64,000 nucleotides of DNA from Bacteroidales bacterium (GTDB taxonomy: Bacteria > Bacteroidota > Bacteroidia > Bacteroidales > UBA12077). The stretch covers positions 64,001 to 128,000 of the forward strand of contig JANQHR010000047.1 in the NCBI GenBank assembly GCA_028282585.1, in the 5' to 3' direction. Both the position numbers and the translations under genes were made by a program. Under the pieces are notes generated by a model that saw only the letters and a program-made list of their open reading frames with translations, was not told the DNA's origin and made no database searches. Positions 48,091 through 58,422 of the stretch are shown in pieces. The stretch's first letter is position 1. Each line of letters starts with the position of its first letter.

Positions 48091-49311
48091 TTACTCATGA
48101 CGCAAGGCATTGATAGGGTCCAATTTTGCCGCCTTGCGTGCGGGGTACCAACCAAAGAAAACCCCGATTATTGAAGCAAAAAAGAACGCTAAGAATATTG
48201 AATTAACCGTAATAACTACAGGCCAATTCATAAAATGAGAAACGGAATAAGCCATAGAAGTTCCTAGTGTAATACCAATAATGCCTCCTGTTAAACTCAT
48301 AAAGATCGATTCAATCAAGAACTGCCACATAATATCTACTTCTCGTCCTCCAACTGCCGATCTTAAACCTATTTCTCTTGTTCGTTCGGTAACTGAAACG
48401 TACATGATATTCATTATACCAATTCCGCCTACTAATAAAGAAATACCCGCGATTGCCGCAAGTAACGTAGTTAAAATATCACTTGTAGACGAAAGCATAT
48501 TCATTATTTCTTCTTGTGTTCTGATATTAAAATCATTTTCTTCGGCATCGGTCAATTTGTGTTCAGCCCTTAAAGTTTCCTCGATTTCTTCTACAGCCTT
48601 TTCTGAAGCATCTTCATTGATTGCAGAAACGTATATCTGGTGAATAAAAGAAATGGAAAGAATCCTTTTTTGAACAGTAGTATAAGGTGCAACAATTATA
48701 TCATCTTGATCAGAGCCAAATGTACTTTGTCCTTTAGATTCAAGTACACCAATAATTTTAAATGGAATTTTATTAAACCTTACTTTTTCTCCAACCGGAT
48801 CGGAATTTTCTCCAAAGATTTCTTCTTTAATCGTTTCTCCTATTAAACATACCTTGGCTGCTCGCCTTATTTCGTCATTTGTAAATGAACGGCCACTTTC
48901 AATTTCATGATTTGTAATTTCGAAATAGTACTCATTGGCACCTATAATACTTGTTGGCCAATTACTTGATCCAGATATAATTTGCCCATTGGTGCGCAAT
49001 ATTGGTGTAACAGACTTAACAGAAGGGCAGCTTTCTAAAATGGCTTCATAGTCATCAATATATAGTTTCTTAGCATCACCTGAACCTAACATAACACCAC
49101 CACGCCTATCACTGCTTGGGAATATCATTATCAGGTTTGAACCCATACTGGAAATATTCTCTTCAATGCTTTTTTTAGAACCTTCACCAATAGCAAGCAT
49201 AGCAATTACAGAAGCCACACCTATTATAATCCCAAGCATGGTTAACAAAGATCGAAACTTGTTTCTAAGTAATGACTGTACAGCTAGTTTTATGAGATTT
49301 ATTAGTTTCAT
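48091..49311 (-). CDS. macB: MacB-family ABC permease
   Basis: RSLLTMLGIIIGVASVI, GGIGIMNIM.VSVTERTREIG and PI.ALRHE motifs. Confidence 0.9.
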   Translation of the reverse strand: MKLINLIKLAVQSLLRNKFRSLLTMLGIIIGVASVIAMLAIGEGSKKSIEENISSMGSNLIMIFPSSDRRGGVMLGSGDAKKLYIDDYEAILESCPSVKSVTPILRTNGQIISGSSNWPTSIIGANEYYFEITNHEIESGRSFTNDEIRRAAKVCLIGETIKEEIFGENSDPVGEKVRFNKIPFKIIGVLESKGQSTFGSDQDDIIVAPYTTVQKRILSISFIHQIYVSAINEDASEKAVEEIEETLRAEHKLTDAEENDFNIRTQEEIMNMLSSTSDILTTLLAAIAGISLLVGGIGIMNIMYVSVTERTREIGLRSAVGGREVDIMWQFLIESIFMSLTGGIIGITLGTSMAYSVSHFMNWPVVITVNSIFLAFFFASIIGVFFGWYPARKAAKLDPINALRHE

Positions 49312-50055
49312 TTATTCTTCTTCTTTTGGCAAATTTTCTAAAGCCTCTCTTGCATTTTTCGGATTCTTAATTGTTTGATCTTTAATTATTTTACCATCTC
49401 TGTATACAATATTCCTTTTTGTGAATTGAGCTATATCTTGCTCATGAGTGACGATAACAATAGTTTTTCCTTGAGAATTTAGTTCCTGAAAAAGATTCAT
49501 GATTTCATAACTTGTTCTTGTATCTAAATTTCCAGTTGGCTCATCGGCTAGAATTAGCACCGGATTATTAACAAGAGAACGAGCAATGGCAACTCTTTGC
49601 TGTTGACCACCGGATAATTGATTGGGCATATGAAATTTTCGATTTGATAAGTTAACAGACTCAAGTGCCGTAAGAGCTCGTTCTCGTCGTTCTTTTGAAC
49701 TAACCGTACTATTATATAGTAATGGCAATTCTACATTTTCTAGAGCGCTTGTTTTTGGTAACAGATTGTATGATTGAAATACAAAACCTATTTTCTGGTT
49801 CCTAATATACGCTAATTGGTTTTTATTTAGTTTGTTAATTAGTTCATCATCAAGAGTATATTTGCCTTGTGTTGGTTTGTCAAGACAACCAAGAATATTC
49901 AATAGTGTGGATTTTCCTGAACCACTTGCACCCATTACCGCTGTAAATTCCCCTTCATTAATTTCCATATCAACATCTTTCAAAGCACGTACAGTTATGT
50001 CACCTAAATAGTAGTCTTTGTTTATTGATTTTAAGGATATGATATTTTTATTCAT
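49312..50055 (-). CDS. MacB/LolD-type ABC ATPase
   Basis: GASGSGKST, LSGGQQQRV and ILADEPTGNLD motifs. Confidence 0.95.
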   Translation of the reverse strand: MNKNIISLKSINKDYYLGDITVRALKDVDMEINEGEFTAVMGASGSGKSTLLNILGCLDKPTQGKYTLDDELINKLNKNQLAYIRNQKIGFVFQSYNLLPKTSALENVELPLLYNSTVSSKERRERALTALESVNLSNRKFHMPNQLSGGQQQRVAIARSLVNNPVLILADEPTGNLDTRTSYEIMNLFQELNSQGKTIVIVTHEQDIAQFTKRNIVYRDGKIIKDQTIKNPKNAREALENLPKEEE

Positions 50056-50063
50056 TCTGCTCG

Positions 50064-51332
50064 TTATCTTCTTGGTGGTCTGCTGGGCAAAAATGGACTT
50101 TTTTGTTCTCCGTTTTGTTCTTTCTTCTTTTTGTTTTCACCGGTAACCACTTCTTCGCCTTCATCAAGTCCTTCTATAATGGTTGTATAACTTCCATCTG
50201 ACAAACCTGTTTTTATTCTTTTTGGTCTGATTAATTTTTCAGTTTTGACCCAAACTAATGCTTCTCCATCCGGTAAATCACGAGAAAGCATTCCCTGCAT
50301 TCCTCCGGTTCTCATTGCACCAGTTGGTATTTGTCCTCTGGAAGTTCCACCCGGCATAGGTCTGGCAGTACCTTCATTATTTCGGTTAGACATCATTTGC
50401 TTTCGCATTTCTATCAATACATCTTGTGAAGGAGAATACCTCAAAGCCTTGCTTTCAATTTTTAAAACGTTACTTTCTTTTGCCACCATAATGTTTAGGT
50501 TTGCCGTCATTCCGGGCATCAGTTTTAAATCAGGATTTGGTGCATCAATTAATACATTATAGGTTACCACATTTTGTGATATGGTGGGTTCTAATCTTAT
50601 TTGAATTACTTCACCTGCAAACTCATCATCAGGAAATGCATCAACAGTAAACAATACCTTATTACCTTCTTTAACCTGCCCAATATCTGCTTCGTCGATA
50701 CTTGCAACAACTTGCATTTTTGTTAAATCTTGAGCAATAGAAAAAAGTGTAGGTGTATTAAAGCTTGCAGCTACAGTTTGTCCTTCGTCAACACTTCTTG
50801 ATACGATAACTCCATTTATTGGAGAGACAATAGTAGCATAATTTAAATTTATTTGTGCTTTTTCCAAGCTTGCCAATGATGCATTATAATTAGCTTTTGC
50901 CGTTTCATAATTCCATTTAGCCTGATCGTATTCAGATTCTGCAACAGTTTTGGATTGATAAAGTAATTTTACTCTCTCATAATTTTTCTTATAGTAATCC
51001 AGATTAGCTTTGCGTTGTTCTAAATCAGCTTTAGCACTTTTTAAAGCAGAATATAATGTTGTAGTATCAAGAATAGCAATAGTTTGTCCACTATTTACCT
51101 CAGAATTAAAATCTACGAATATATTTTGGATTATACCGGATACTTGTGTACCTACTTCAACTGTTGTAATTGCTTCCAAGGAGCCGGTTGCAGTAATAAT
51201 TGAACTTATATCTCCTTTTTCAATTACAGCAGTTTCAAAACTCAATACTTCCTTATTATTTCCTATACGCACATAGGCATATATTGAAACAAGAATTATT
51301 ACGATTAAGAATATATAGTATACTTTTTTCAT
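50064..51332 (-). CDS. macA: MacA-type periplasmic adaptor
   Basis: VEVGTQVSG, SPINGVI...V.EGQTVAASF.TP.LF and DEADIG motifs. Confidence 0.9.
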   Translation of the reverse strand: MKKVYYIFLIVIILVSIYAYVRIGNNKEVLSFETAVIEKGDISSIITATGSLEAITTVEVGTQVSGIIQNIFVDFNSEVNSGQTIAILDTTTLYSALKSAKADLEQRKANLDYYKKNYERVKLLYQSKTVAESEYDQAKWNYETAKANYNASLASLEKAQINLNYATIVSPINGVIVSRSVDEGQTVAASFNTPTLFSIAQDLTKMQVVASIDEADIGQVKEGNKVLFTVDAFPDDEFAGEVIQIRLEPTISQNVVTYNVLIDAPNPDLKLMPGMTANLNIMVAKESNVLKIESKALRYSPSQDVLIEMRKQMMSNRNNEGTARPMPGGTSRGQIPTGAMRTGGMQGMLSRDLPDGEALVWVKTEKLIRPKRIKTGLSDGSYTTIIEGLDEGEEVVTGENKKKKEQNGEQKSPFLPSRPPRR

Positions 51333-51334
51333 TT

Positions 51335-52738
51335 CTATAATGTTAATGGATTACCTTGGTAATGTTCGATGATCATATCTTTAAAAATGAGATTGTATTT
51401 CGATTGTAATAAGCCATTTTCTGCATTGATCAGATTTGTTTTCTCGATTAAATAATCAACAGAATTGAGTAAACCTGCATTGAATTTTGTTGTAGCATCA
51501 TCATATGACCTTTTATAAGAGGCTAATTGTTTTACATTTGCATCATATTCCTTTTTCGCAGAAAGCAAATCAGTATATGCTTGCTCTATTGTTTTTCTTA
51601 AATTATTCCTTGTATTTATTAACTCAAGCTGAGAACTCTGATAATTGATCTTGGATTTTTCTACGGCAGATTTTGCCTGATAATTATTAAATATTGGTAT
51701 TGAGAGATTTAAACTAATACTTTCATACAAGTTATCATTGTATTGATCAAAGAACGGATAGTTACTATAATACATCGAGGGTTGATCGAAAAGTACATTT
51801 TCGCTCGGATTACTTTCGAGGTAACCCACGGTAACCGATTCCGTTTCACCATAATTAAGCTGTTCGTTTAAGCTTGAATATTGGGTTCCGATACTTGCGT
51901 TTAATGTTAATTTAGGAAGCTGTTGAGCTTTTGCAATTTTTATGCCTAATTCAGAGCTTTGTTCATGTAAAATGGCATTCTGTATTTCCGGTCGTATATC
52001 TAATGCAATTTGGTAAATATTATCAATAGATTGATTTAGGTTTTTATAATGTTTTTCGACGTTTAACTCAGGAATGTCAATGTTAAAATTATCATTAACA
52101 GGTAGTTCCATTAGTTGCATTAAGTTCAACCTAGCTATTCTCAGCTGGTTTTCCGTATTTGTAATGGTTAATTCTTCACTATAAAGTTGAGCTTCTAATT
52201 GTAAATAATTACTTATTGGCAACATTCCAGCATCAATCTTATTTTTAATATTTTGAAGTTGTTGCTTGGTTGATTCATATTGATTTTTTGAGATTTTAAT
52301 TTGTTCTTTATAAAAAATAATTTCCAAATACGAATTGGCAATTGAAAGACTAATATTGTTAACTGTTTCTTCAACCAAATACTCGCCTGCCTTATAATTA
52401 AGCTGTGCTTGCTTTATAGAGTTATTATTTTGTAGTCCGTTATAAAGAGTAACACTTGAATTAATTGAAAATGTGTTCTTACTGTAAAAATCATCCTGAT
52501 TATTGCTTCCCCAGTTAAAGCTTTGATTACTGCTGGCATTCACGGAAGGAATTCTATTAACTTTTAATTGTTTAATATCAATTCTATTAAGTTCATTTGA
52601 AAGTTTATTCTGTTTAATCTGAATATTGTTTTCAATTGCATATTGTATACATTGGTTTAAAGTCCATATTTTGGTTTGGGCACTTAATCTAAATGAATAA
52701 ATTATAAAAAGGATAATATATAAAACCAAACTTTTCAT
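51335..52738 (-). CDS. TolC-family outer-membrane efflux protein
   Basis: WTL.QCI.YA.ENN, RPEI, LSIPIFN and repeated OEP halves. Confidence 0.9.
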   Translation of the reverse strand: MKSLVLYIILFIIYSFRLSAQTKIWTLNQCIQYAIENNIQIKQNKLSNELNRIDIKQLKVNRIPSVNASSNQSFNWGSNNQDDFYSKNTFSINSSVTLYNGLQNNNSIKQAQLNYKAGEYLVEETVNNISLSIANSYLEIIFYKEQIKISKNQYESTKQQLQNIKNKIDAGMLPISNYLQLEAQLYSEELTITNTENQLRIARLNLMQLMELPVNDNFNIDIPELNVEKHYKNLNQSIDNIYQIALDIRPEIQNAILHEQSSELGIKIAKAQQLPKLTLNASIGTQYSSLNEQLNYGETESVTVGYLESNPSENVLFDQPSMYYSNYPFFDQYNDNLYESISLNLSIPIFNNYQAKSAVEKSKINYQSSQLELINTRNNLRKTIEQAYTDLLSAKKEYDANVKQLASYKRSYDDATTKFNAGLLNSVDYLIEKTNLINAENGLLQSKYNLIFKDMIIEHYQGNPLTL

Positions 52739-52760
52739 TCCAATGAATTTAAATCAAGAT

Positions 52761-52847
52761 CAATGTTACACATCATTTATCAATGCAAATAATCAAATAG
52801 ATTAATCTAACATTTATTAAGACGAATTTGCTTTTTGTATCGAAAAA
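52761..52847 (-). promoter_or_regulatory. Efflux operon promoter with LytTR-type 21-bp-spaced boxes and -7 element
   Basis: On -: TTTTTCGATA-N11-TTCGTCTT-N13-TTAATCTA, then TAACATTG. Confidence 0.6.
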
Positions 52848-53111
52848 TCGAGATCTCGTTTCAAACAAAAAGAATTATTTGTTTATCAATTAAATATTTT
52901 TAATCCATTAGGATAATTAAGCATAGATGTTATTGAATTTTTATCTATTTTAGGAGTCGCTTTGGGGATAGGACAATTTAATCCAAATATATTTTATATT
53001 TTTGCGATAGTGTCAATCCAAATGTTTAATCCAGTTGCAAGAATTTTCATTTGTTTGATCCAATCAAGAATATGTAATCTTAAATTTCACAATCACAAAT
53101 TTATCCTCCCA

Positions 53112-53465
53112 TCATTCTTTTTCTATTTTTTTCTGGAACTCCTGGTATTTTTTAAATTGCTCTTCGGAAAGCACTTGTTTAATTTCATGATCCCATTTCT
53201 GTTTTGTTTTCATAAGTTCCTCTAGTTTGCCTGGATCTGGCCCACCTTTTTCTTTGCCACGCAATTCTTCAAACTTTTGAACATATTTTTCATTAATTAC
53301 AAGCATAGAATCGTATTGATCTTCATTAAGGGTTAAATCTTCATTTAATTTATCAGTCATTTCTTTGGCTCTTTCCTGATATGATTCTTGAGCACCGGAA
53401 TTCTGTATAAATATAAAATTGAGTATTAAGATGTTGATAATTAATATTACGTTAATTACTTTCAT
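53112..53465 (-). CDS. Small exported helical protein, DUF4890/Spy-like (start likely MKVINV at 53465)
   Basis: Signal peptide; L.LNEDQ and IKQVLSEEQFKKY LTxxQ-like motifs. Confidence 0.7.
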   Translation of the reverse strand: MKVINVILIINILILNFIFIQNSGAQESYQERAKEMTDKLNEDLTLNEDQYDSMLVINEKYVQKFEELRGKEKGGPDPGKLEELMKTKQKWDHEIKQVLSEEQFKKYQEFQKKIEKE

Positions 53466-53831
53466 AATTTTTACTGTTAATTTTCGGCAAATTTTACATA
53501 GCAAATTCACTAAATAAAATAAGATATACTTACAGTGATTTAATATGGATTAACAAAATAGATTTATCGACAAAAATGTATTGTTAAATAAGAGTTAGTG
53601 AAAACGTGCGGAAGGGTAGTGAAATAGATTGGATTATAATATTTTACTAAAAGTTAATTGATAATTTAGTAGATGAATGGTAACTGTTACTAGGGTAAAG
53701 TTAAATGGAATCTGAAATCTTAAAATTGAAACATATAATTATTTAAACGGATAACCGAAATAGGATACAAAGGTCAAACATGAATTAAATAAAATATCTT
53801 TTATAACTTTGCGCTGTTTTATAAAAAAAAT

Positions 53832-54467
53832 ATGAACGAAGATTTTAATGTTGAGCAGGTTAATTCTCAAAATGTTGCTGATTTTGTAACGGTTGTAGGA
53901 GAGTATTGCACGTTTACTGAAAATACGATTCGATTTTCGAAAGTAGATTTTTTGGATAAAGCAAGAAAATTATTATCCATGGTTTACTTAAAAATGTCGC
54001 TTTTACCAAAATTCGAATCTATTTTCGATGATGAAAATGAAAAGTTTGTAACCGAAGAAGACTGGGATTTTATTCATCAATCTATTAAAAAGAAGTTAGG
54101 CTATCATGATGAGTATCGGGAAATATTTGATCCGTTAACGCACGAACAGGTTGAGCAAAGTACGGCGTCTATCTCTGATAACCTGGCAGATATTTATCAG
54201 GATTTAAAGAATTTTATTGCACTTTTCAATATTGGAACCGAAGAAATGATGAATGATGCTTTATGGGAGTGTCAGTTAAATTTTGAAGAGTTTTGGGGAC
54301 AAAAATTACTAAATGCATTAAATGCAGTACATAGGGTATTGTTTAGTGGAGATAATTTAGATGAAGAAGAATCTGAAATAATTGAGGAGGACTCAGAAGA
54401 TCACGTTGATACATCAAAATGGATCATTTCAAAACGTCAGGACGAATTTAGAAAAGGAGAGGAGTAA
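53832..54467 (+). CDS. DUF5063 family protein
   Basis: FVTV..EYC.F.E, ISDNLADIYQDLKNFI and WGQKLL.AL.A.H motifs; TAACTTTG -7 box upstream. Confidence 0.8.
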   Translation: MNEDFNVEQVNSQNVADFVTVVGEYCTFTENTIRFSKVDFLDKARKLLSMVYLKMSLLPKFESIFDDENEKFVTEEDWDFIHQSIKKKLGYHDEYREIFDPLTHEQVEQSTASISDNLADIYQDLKNFIALFNIGTEEMMNDALWECQLNFEEFWGQKLLNALNAVHRVLFSGDNLDEEESEIIEEDSEDHVDTSKWIISKRQDEFRKGEE

Positions 54468-55043
54468 ATGTTTGCAGAAAACTTGTCGAATGAAGAAATA
54501 AACGAATTACCACTATATCAGTTTAACGGAGGGATATTTGTAATAGATACCTTTGATAAATTAGATTATTTTTTACCTCTAATACAAGAACAAGAAATAC
54601 TTGGCTTTGATACGGAAACTCGCCCGTCTTTTAAAAAGGGTAAGGTTAATCCGGTTTCCTTATTACAATTAACTTCATCAAATCAAGCATTCTTGATAAG
54701 AATAAATAAAATTGGTTTACCACAGGAAATAGCGACTATTCTGGCTGATAAAAATGTACAAAAGATTGGATTGGCTATTAAAGATGATATAAAAATTTTA
54801 AAGGACATAACCAAATTTGAACCAAATGCTTTTCTGGATTTGCAGGATTATGTGGGAGATTTTGGTATCGAAGCAAGGAGTTTAAAAAAGATTACGGCCA
54901 TCGTGCTAAATCAAAGAATATCTAAATCTCAACAGGTAACAAATTGGGAAAGAGAAGAACTTAGTGAAGGACAGCAGGTTTATGCTGCTACCGATGCATG
55001 GGCTTGTTTACAAATTTATAAGAACCTAAATCACAATAAGTAA
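54468..55043 (+). CDS. 3'-5' exonuclease (RNase D/WRN-exo-like DEDDy)
   Basis: GFDTETRPSFKKG, LLQL and NWE..L...Q..YAATDAW motifs. Confidence 0.9.
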   Translation: MFAENLSNEEINELPLYQFNGGIFVIDTFDKLDYFLPLIQEQEILGFDTETRPSFKKGKVNPVSLLQLTSSNQAFLIRINKIGLPQEIATILADKNVQKIGLAIKDDIKILKDITKFEPNAFLDLQDYVGDFGIEARSLKKITAIVLNQRISKSQQVTNWEREELSEGQQVYAATDAWACLQIYKNLNHNK

Positions 55044-55044
55044 T

Positions 55045-56229
55045 ATGGAATATCCAAAAGTAATATTAAAATCTGGTAAGGATCAATCGGTTAGGAGATA
55101 TCATCCGTGGATTTTTTCAGGAGCTATCAAGAAAATTATTGGTAATGTAAACGAAGGTGATTTAGTAATAGTTACTGATAATAAAGATGAATTCCTCGCT
55201 TTGGGACATTACCAGATAGGATCAATAGCTGTTCGTATTCTCACTTTTAAAGATAAAAAGATTGATTCATGGTTTTGGAAAGATAAGATTTCAAAGGCAT
55301 ATAATTTGCGTAAGAAATTCGGTTTAGCGGAAAATGATAATAATAATGTATATCGCTTAGTACATGCCGAAGGTGATGGATTACCCGGTTTAATCATTGA
55401 TTACTACAACGGAACAGCGGTACTTCAGATGCACTCCATAGGAATGTATTTAAATAAAGAAGCCATTATTGAGGCTATAAAGGAAATATATGGTGATAAT
55501 TTAAACGCGATTTACAATAAAAGCGAATCGACTATTCCGTTTAAGTCGGAAATAAAAACAAAGAATGGATACGTTTATGGTTCATCTAGCGAAAGTGTTG
55601 TTCTGGAATATGGTAATAGATTCAAGATCAACTGGGAAGAAGGACAAAAGACAGGTTTTTTTATCGATCAACGGGAGAATAGAAAATTAGTATCCGAATA
55701 CTCTAAAGACAAAAATGTGCTAAATGTTTTTGGCTATACAGGGGGTTTCTCGGTTTATGCGATGCAGGGTGGAGCAAAATCAGTACATTCAGTTGATAGC
55801 TCTAAAAAAGCAATTGATCTTACTAACGAAAACATGGGACTTAACTTTGAAGATACCAGCCGTCATGAAGCTTTTGCTTTAGATGCATTTGAGTTTTTAA
55901 ATGAAATTGACAATAAATACGATTTAATCATATTGGATCCTCCGGCATTTGCTAAACATCATAACGTATTACACAACGCATTACAAGGATATAAAAGGCT
56001 AAATATAAAAGCCATAGAGCAAATAAAACCAGGTGGGTTACTATTCACTTTTTCGTGTTCGCAAGTAGTTAGTAAAGAGAATTTCAGGAAAACAATTTTC
56101 ACTGCAGCAGCTAATACTGGAAGAAACGTAAGGATACTACATCAGTTAAGTCAGCCAGTTGATCACCCTGTAAATATTTACCATCCGGAGAGCGAATATT
56201 TAAAAGGATTGGTTGTGTATGTAGAATAG
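55045..56229 (+). CDS. rlmI: RlmI-family rRNA m5C methyltransferase
   Basis: HPWIFSGAI PUA, EGDGLPGL, GQKTGFFIDQR, LDPPAF and TFSCS motifs. Confidence 0.9.
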   Translation: MEYPKVILKSGKDQSVRRYHPWIFSGAIKKIIGNVNEGDLVIVTDNKDEFLALGHYQIGSIAVRILTFKDKKIDSWFWKDKISKAYNLRKKFGLAENDNNNVYRLVHAEGDGLPGLIIDYYNGTAVLQMHSIGMYLNKEAIIEAIKEIYGDNLNAIYNKSESTIPFKSEIKTKNGYVYGSSSESVVLEYGNRFKINWEEGQKTGFFIDQRENRKLVSEYSKDKNVLNVFGYTGGFSVYAMQGGAKSVHSVDSSKKAIDLTNENMGLNFEDTSRHEAFALDAFEFLNEIDNKYDLIILDPPAFAKHHNVLHNALQGYKRLNIKAIEQIKPGGLLFTFSCSQVVSKENFRKTIFTAAANTGRNVRILHQLSQPVDHPVNIYHPESEYLKGLVVYVE

Positions 56230-56266
56230 AATATGTTATTTTTATAACGCTGTAAAAACATGAAAA

Positions 56267-57271
56267 ATGAAAAGATTACTTTTTTTATTCATAATTGCAC
56301 TTACCATTAATTCAGGCGTTAAGTCACAAAATATTTATCCGGTTTATGAATATTCTGCTAGCTTAAAAGGTGTTACTCTAACGAACTTTGATATAGAAGA
56401 CACAGTTCTTTTTCTTCCTTTGGGAGAGCATGGATTACATTTATTAAATATCAAGGAGCCGGATAATATTTATGAGTTATCACAATATATTGAATATGAA
56501 AAGCGATCGAAAGGTAATAAAACTTACGGATTTGCCCACCATGTAAATGTAATTGATGGTTTGGCTTATTTATCTTACGGTCCATTAGGATTAAAGATTC
56601 TTGATGTTAATGATCCAAACATGCCATTTGTTATAGGTGGTTATTATAGACACGAAGATGTTGTTTGTTCTGAAATTTACGAGAACTATGTTCTTTTAGG
56701 TTATTACGATATGGGTCTGGAAATTGTAGATATTACTGAATTAAACAATACAAAAATGGTATCACGAAATAATGTTCGTGGATTTACGGTTAAAAATATT
56801 CAGGTGCTTCCACCTTATGTAGTTATCTCCGGTGGTGTTCGCGGATTAAGAATCTTTAAGTTTCAGGAACCGTTTACTACATTTAAGCAAGCTGAGTTTC
56901 CTAAATCACATTTAACTGACAATGATGCTAATAAGATACTGGTACAAGGTAAAACTGCTTATCTGGCAAACGATTTTAGGGGGCTTTCCGTTTTAAGCAT
57001 GGGATTACCATTGTATCCACTTGAAGTGAATGTTATTAAAACAGAAAGTAAGGCTACGGAATTACTTATTGATAGTAATTACTTGTATGTAGCAAGTGGA
57101 AAGTACATCGAGATTTTTGATATAACAGAGCCTAATAAACCTGAGAAAGTGTTTGAATATCTCGGTAAAAATCAAGAGTTTGTAAGTCTTAAAATGCATG
57201 ATAATAAGCTTTTTGCACTATATAGTAGCGGAAGTAAAGATTACGGATTTGTGATTTTTCAGGTAGAGTAA
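56267..57271 (+). CDS. Exported LVIVD-repeat beta-propeller protein
   Basis: Signal peptide; repeats GLKILDVNDP, GLEIVDI and IEIFDITEPNKP. Confidence 0.8.
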   Translation: MKRLLFLFIIALTINSGVKSQNIYPVYEYSASLKGVTLTNFDIEDTVLFLPLGEHGLHLLNIKEPDNIYELSQYIEYEKRSKGNKTYGFAHHVNVIDGLAYLSYGPLGLKILDVNDPNMPFVIGGYYRHEDVVCSEIYENYVLLGYYDMGLEIVDITELNNTKMVSRNNVRGFTVKNIQVLPPYVVISGGVRGLRIFKFQEPFTTFKQAEFPKSHLTDNDANKILVQGKTAYLANDFRGLSVLSMGLPLYPLEVNVIKTESKATELLIDSNYLYVASGKYIEIFDITEPNKPEKVFEYLGKNQEFVSLKMHDNKLFALYSSGSKDYGFVIFQVE

Positions 57272-57277
57272 TTCTTG

Positions 57278-57364
57278 TTTATCGATAAAAACAAATCATT
57301 AGTCTTTCTTTTATCTGCATATCTATATTTTATAATCCGATCCTGTTTAGGGATGCTACCTTTG
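57278..57364 (+). promoter_or_regulatory. Two-component operon promoter with LytTR-type boxes and -7 element
   Basis: TTTATCGATA-N11-TTAGTCTT, then TACCTTTG at 57357. Confidence 0.6.
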
Positions 57365-57378
57365 TTAAAAAAACCTTT

Positions 57379-58422
57379 ATGAAGAAAAGTTTTATCGAAA
57401 CTAAATACTTTACAATTCTTTTACATGTACTTGTCTGGAGCACTTTTTTAGTTTTGCAAATACTTTCATTTCAAGCATCCTTAAATGACAGGCTACCTAG
57501 GCCGGATGGTTTTGTCCCTGAAAAATTAAAAGCTCGCTTTATTTTTAGTTGGTCTGTAATGGTAATTTTATACTATATGAATTCACTGGTGTATATACCC
57601 CGATTCCTTTTCAACAAGAAGATTGGAAAATTTGCACTGGCCTTAATCTTAACATTGGTTTGCGTAGTAATATTGGAAAGTATATATAGTAACCTACTTG
57701 ATATAGGGCGTAACGGAGCTTTTTTTAGAAAAGGACCTCCGGTTGCATTTTTTATGTCCATATTTATCCTGGCATTAAGTACCAGTATTAAAGTAGCGCA
57801 AAAATGGTTTGAAGATCAATCTAAACAAAAAGAAATGGTGCATGAAAAGATGAATTCGGAACTATCACTGTTAAAATCACAAGTAAATCCACACTTTTTG
57901 TTTAATACCTTAAACGGGATTTATTCTCTTGCCAACAATAAATCAGATAAAACTGCATCAGCAATTGTAAAACTCTCACAGATGATGCGTTATATGCTTG
58001 ACGAGTCAAAGCAGGAATTTGTAACTTTATCGAGCGAGCTGGATTATATCAATACATATATTGATTTACAAATGATGCGATTGTTTGATAACGTGAAAGT
58101 TGATTTTACAGTGGATGGCGAACCTAACGGAATTAAAATTCAACCTTTATTATTGATCCCATTCATAGAAAATGCATTTAAGCATGGAACCGATGCAAGT
58201 ACAGATTGCGATATTAATATAAACCTTGATATTAAAAAAGATTCCTTACAGTTGCGTGTAGAGAACGATATTATAAAATCGAGAAGAGATGATGAAAAAT
58301 CAGGATTTGGATTAAATAATATTAAACGACGATTGCAGTTGGAATACCCGGACAGGTATGTTTTAACAACCAGTAGTGAAGAAGGTAAGTTTATTGTGAA
58401 ATTATTTATAAGTCTGAAGTGA
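57379..58422 (+). CDS. LytS/YehU-type sensor histidine kinase
   Basis: 4 TM segments; LKSQVNPHFLFNTLN, ENAFKHG and GFGLNNIKRRL motifs. Confidence 0.93.
   Translation: MKKSFIETKYFTILLHVLVWSTFLVLQILSFQASLNDRLPRPDGFVPEKLKARFIFSWSVMVILYYMNSLVYIPRFLFNKKIGKFALALILTLVCVVILESIYSNLLDIGRNGAFFRKGPPVAFFMSIFILALSTSIKVAQKWFEDQSKQKEMVHEKMNSELSLLKSQVNPHFLFNTLNGIYSLANNKSDKTASAIVKLSQMMRYMLDESKQEFVTLSSELDYINTYIDLQMMRLFDNVKVDFTVDGEPNGIKIQPLLLIPFIENAFKHGTDASTDCDININLDIKKDSLQLRVENDIIKSRRDDEKSGFGLNNIKRRLQLEYPDRYVLTTSSEEGKFIVKLFISLK

Noticed and set aside
53100-53135. Possible frameshift at the end of the small exported gene (one more A would give ...KRMMGG*)
   Set aside because: It affects only a few terminal residues and cannot be tested without reads or homologs
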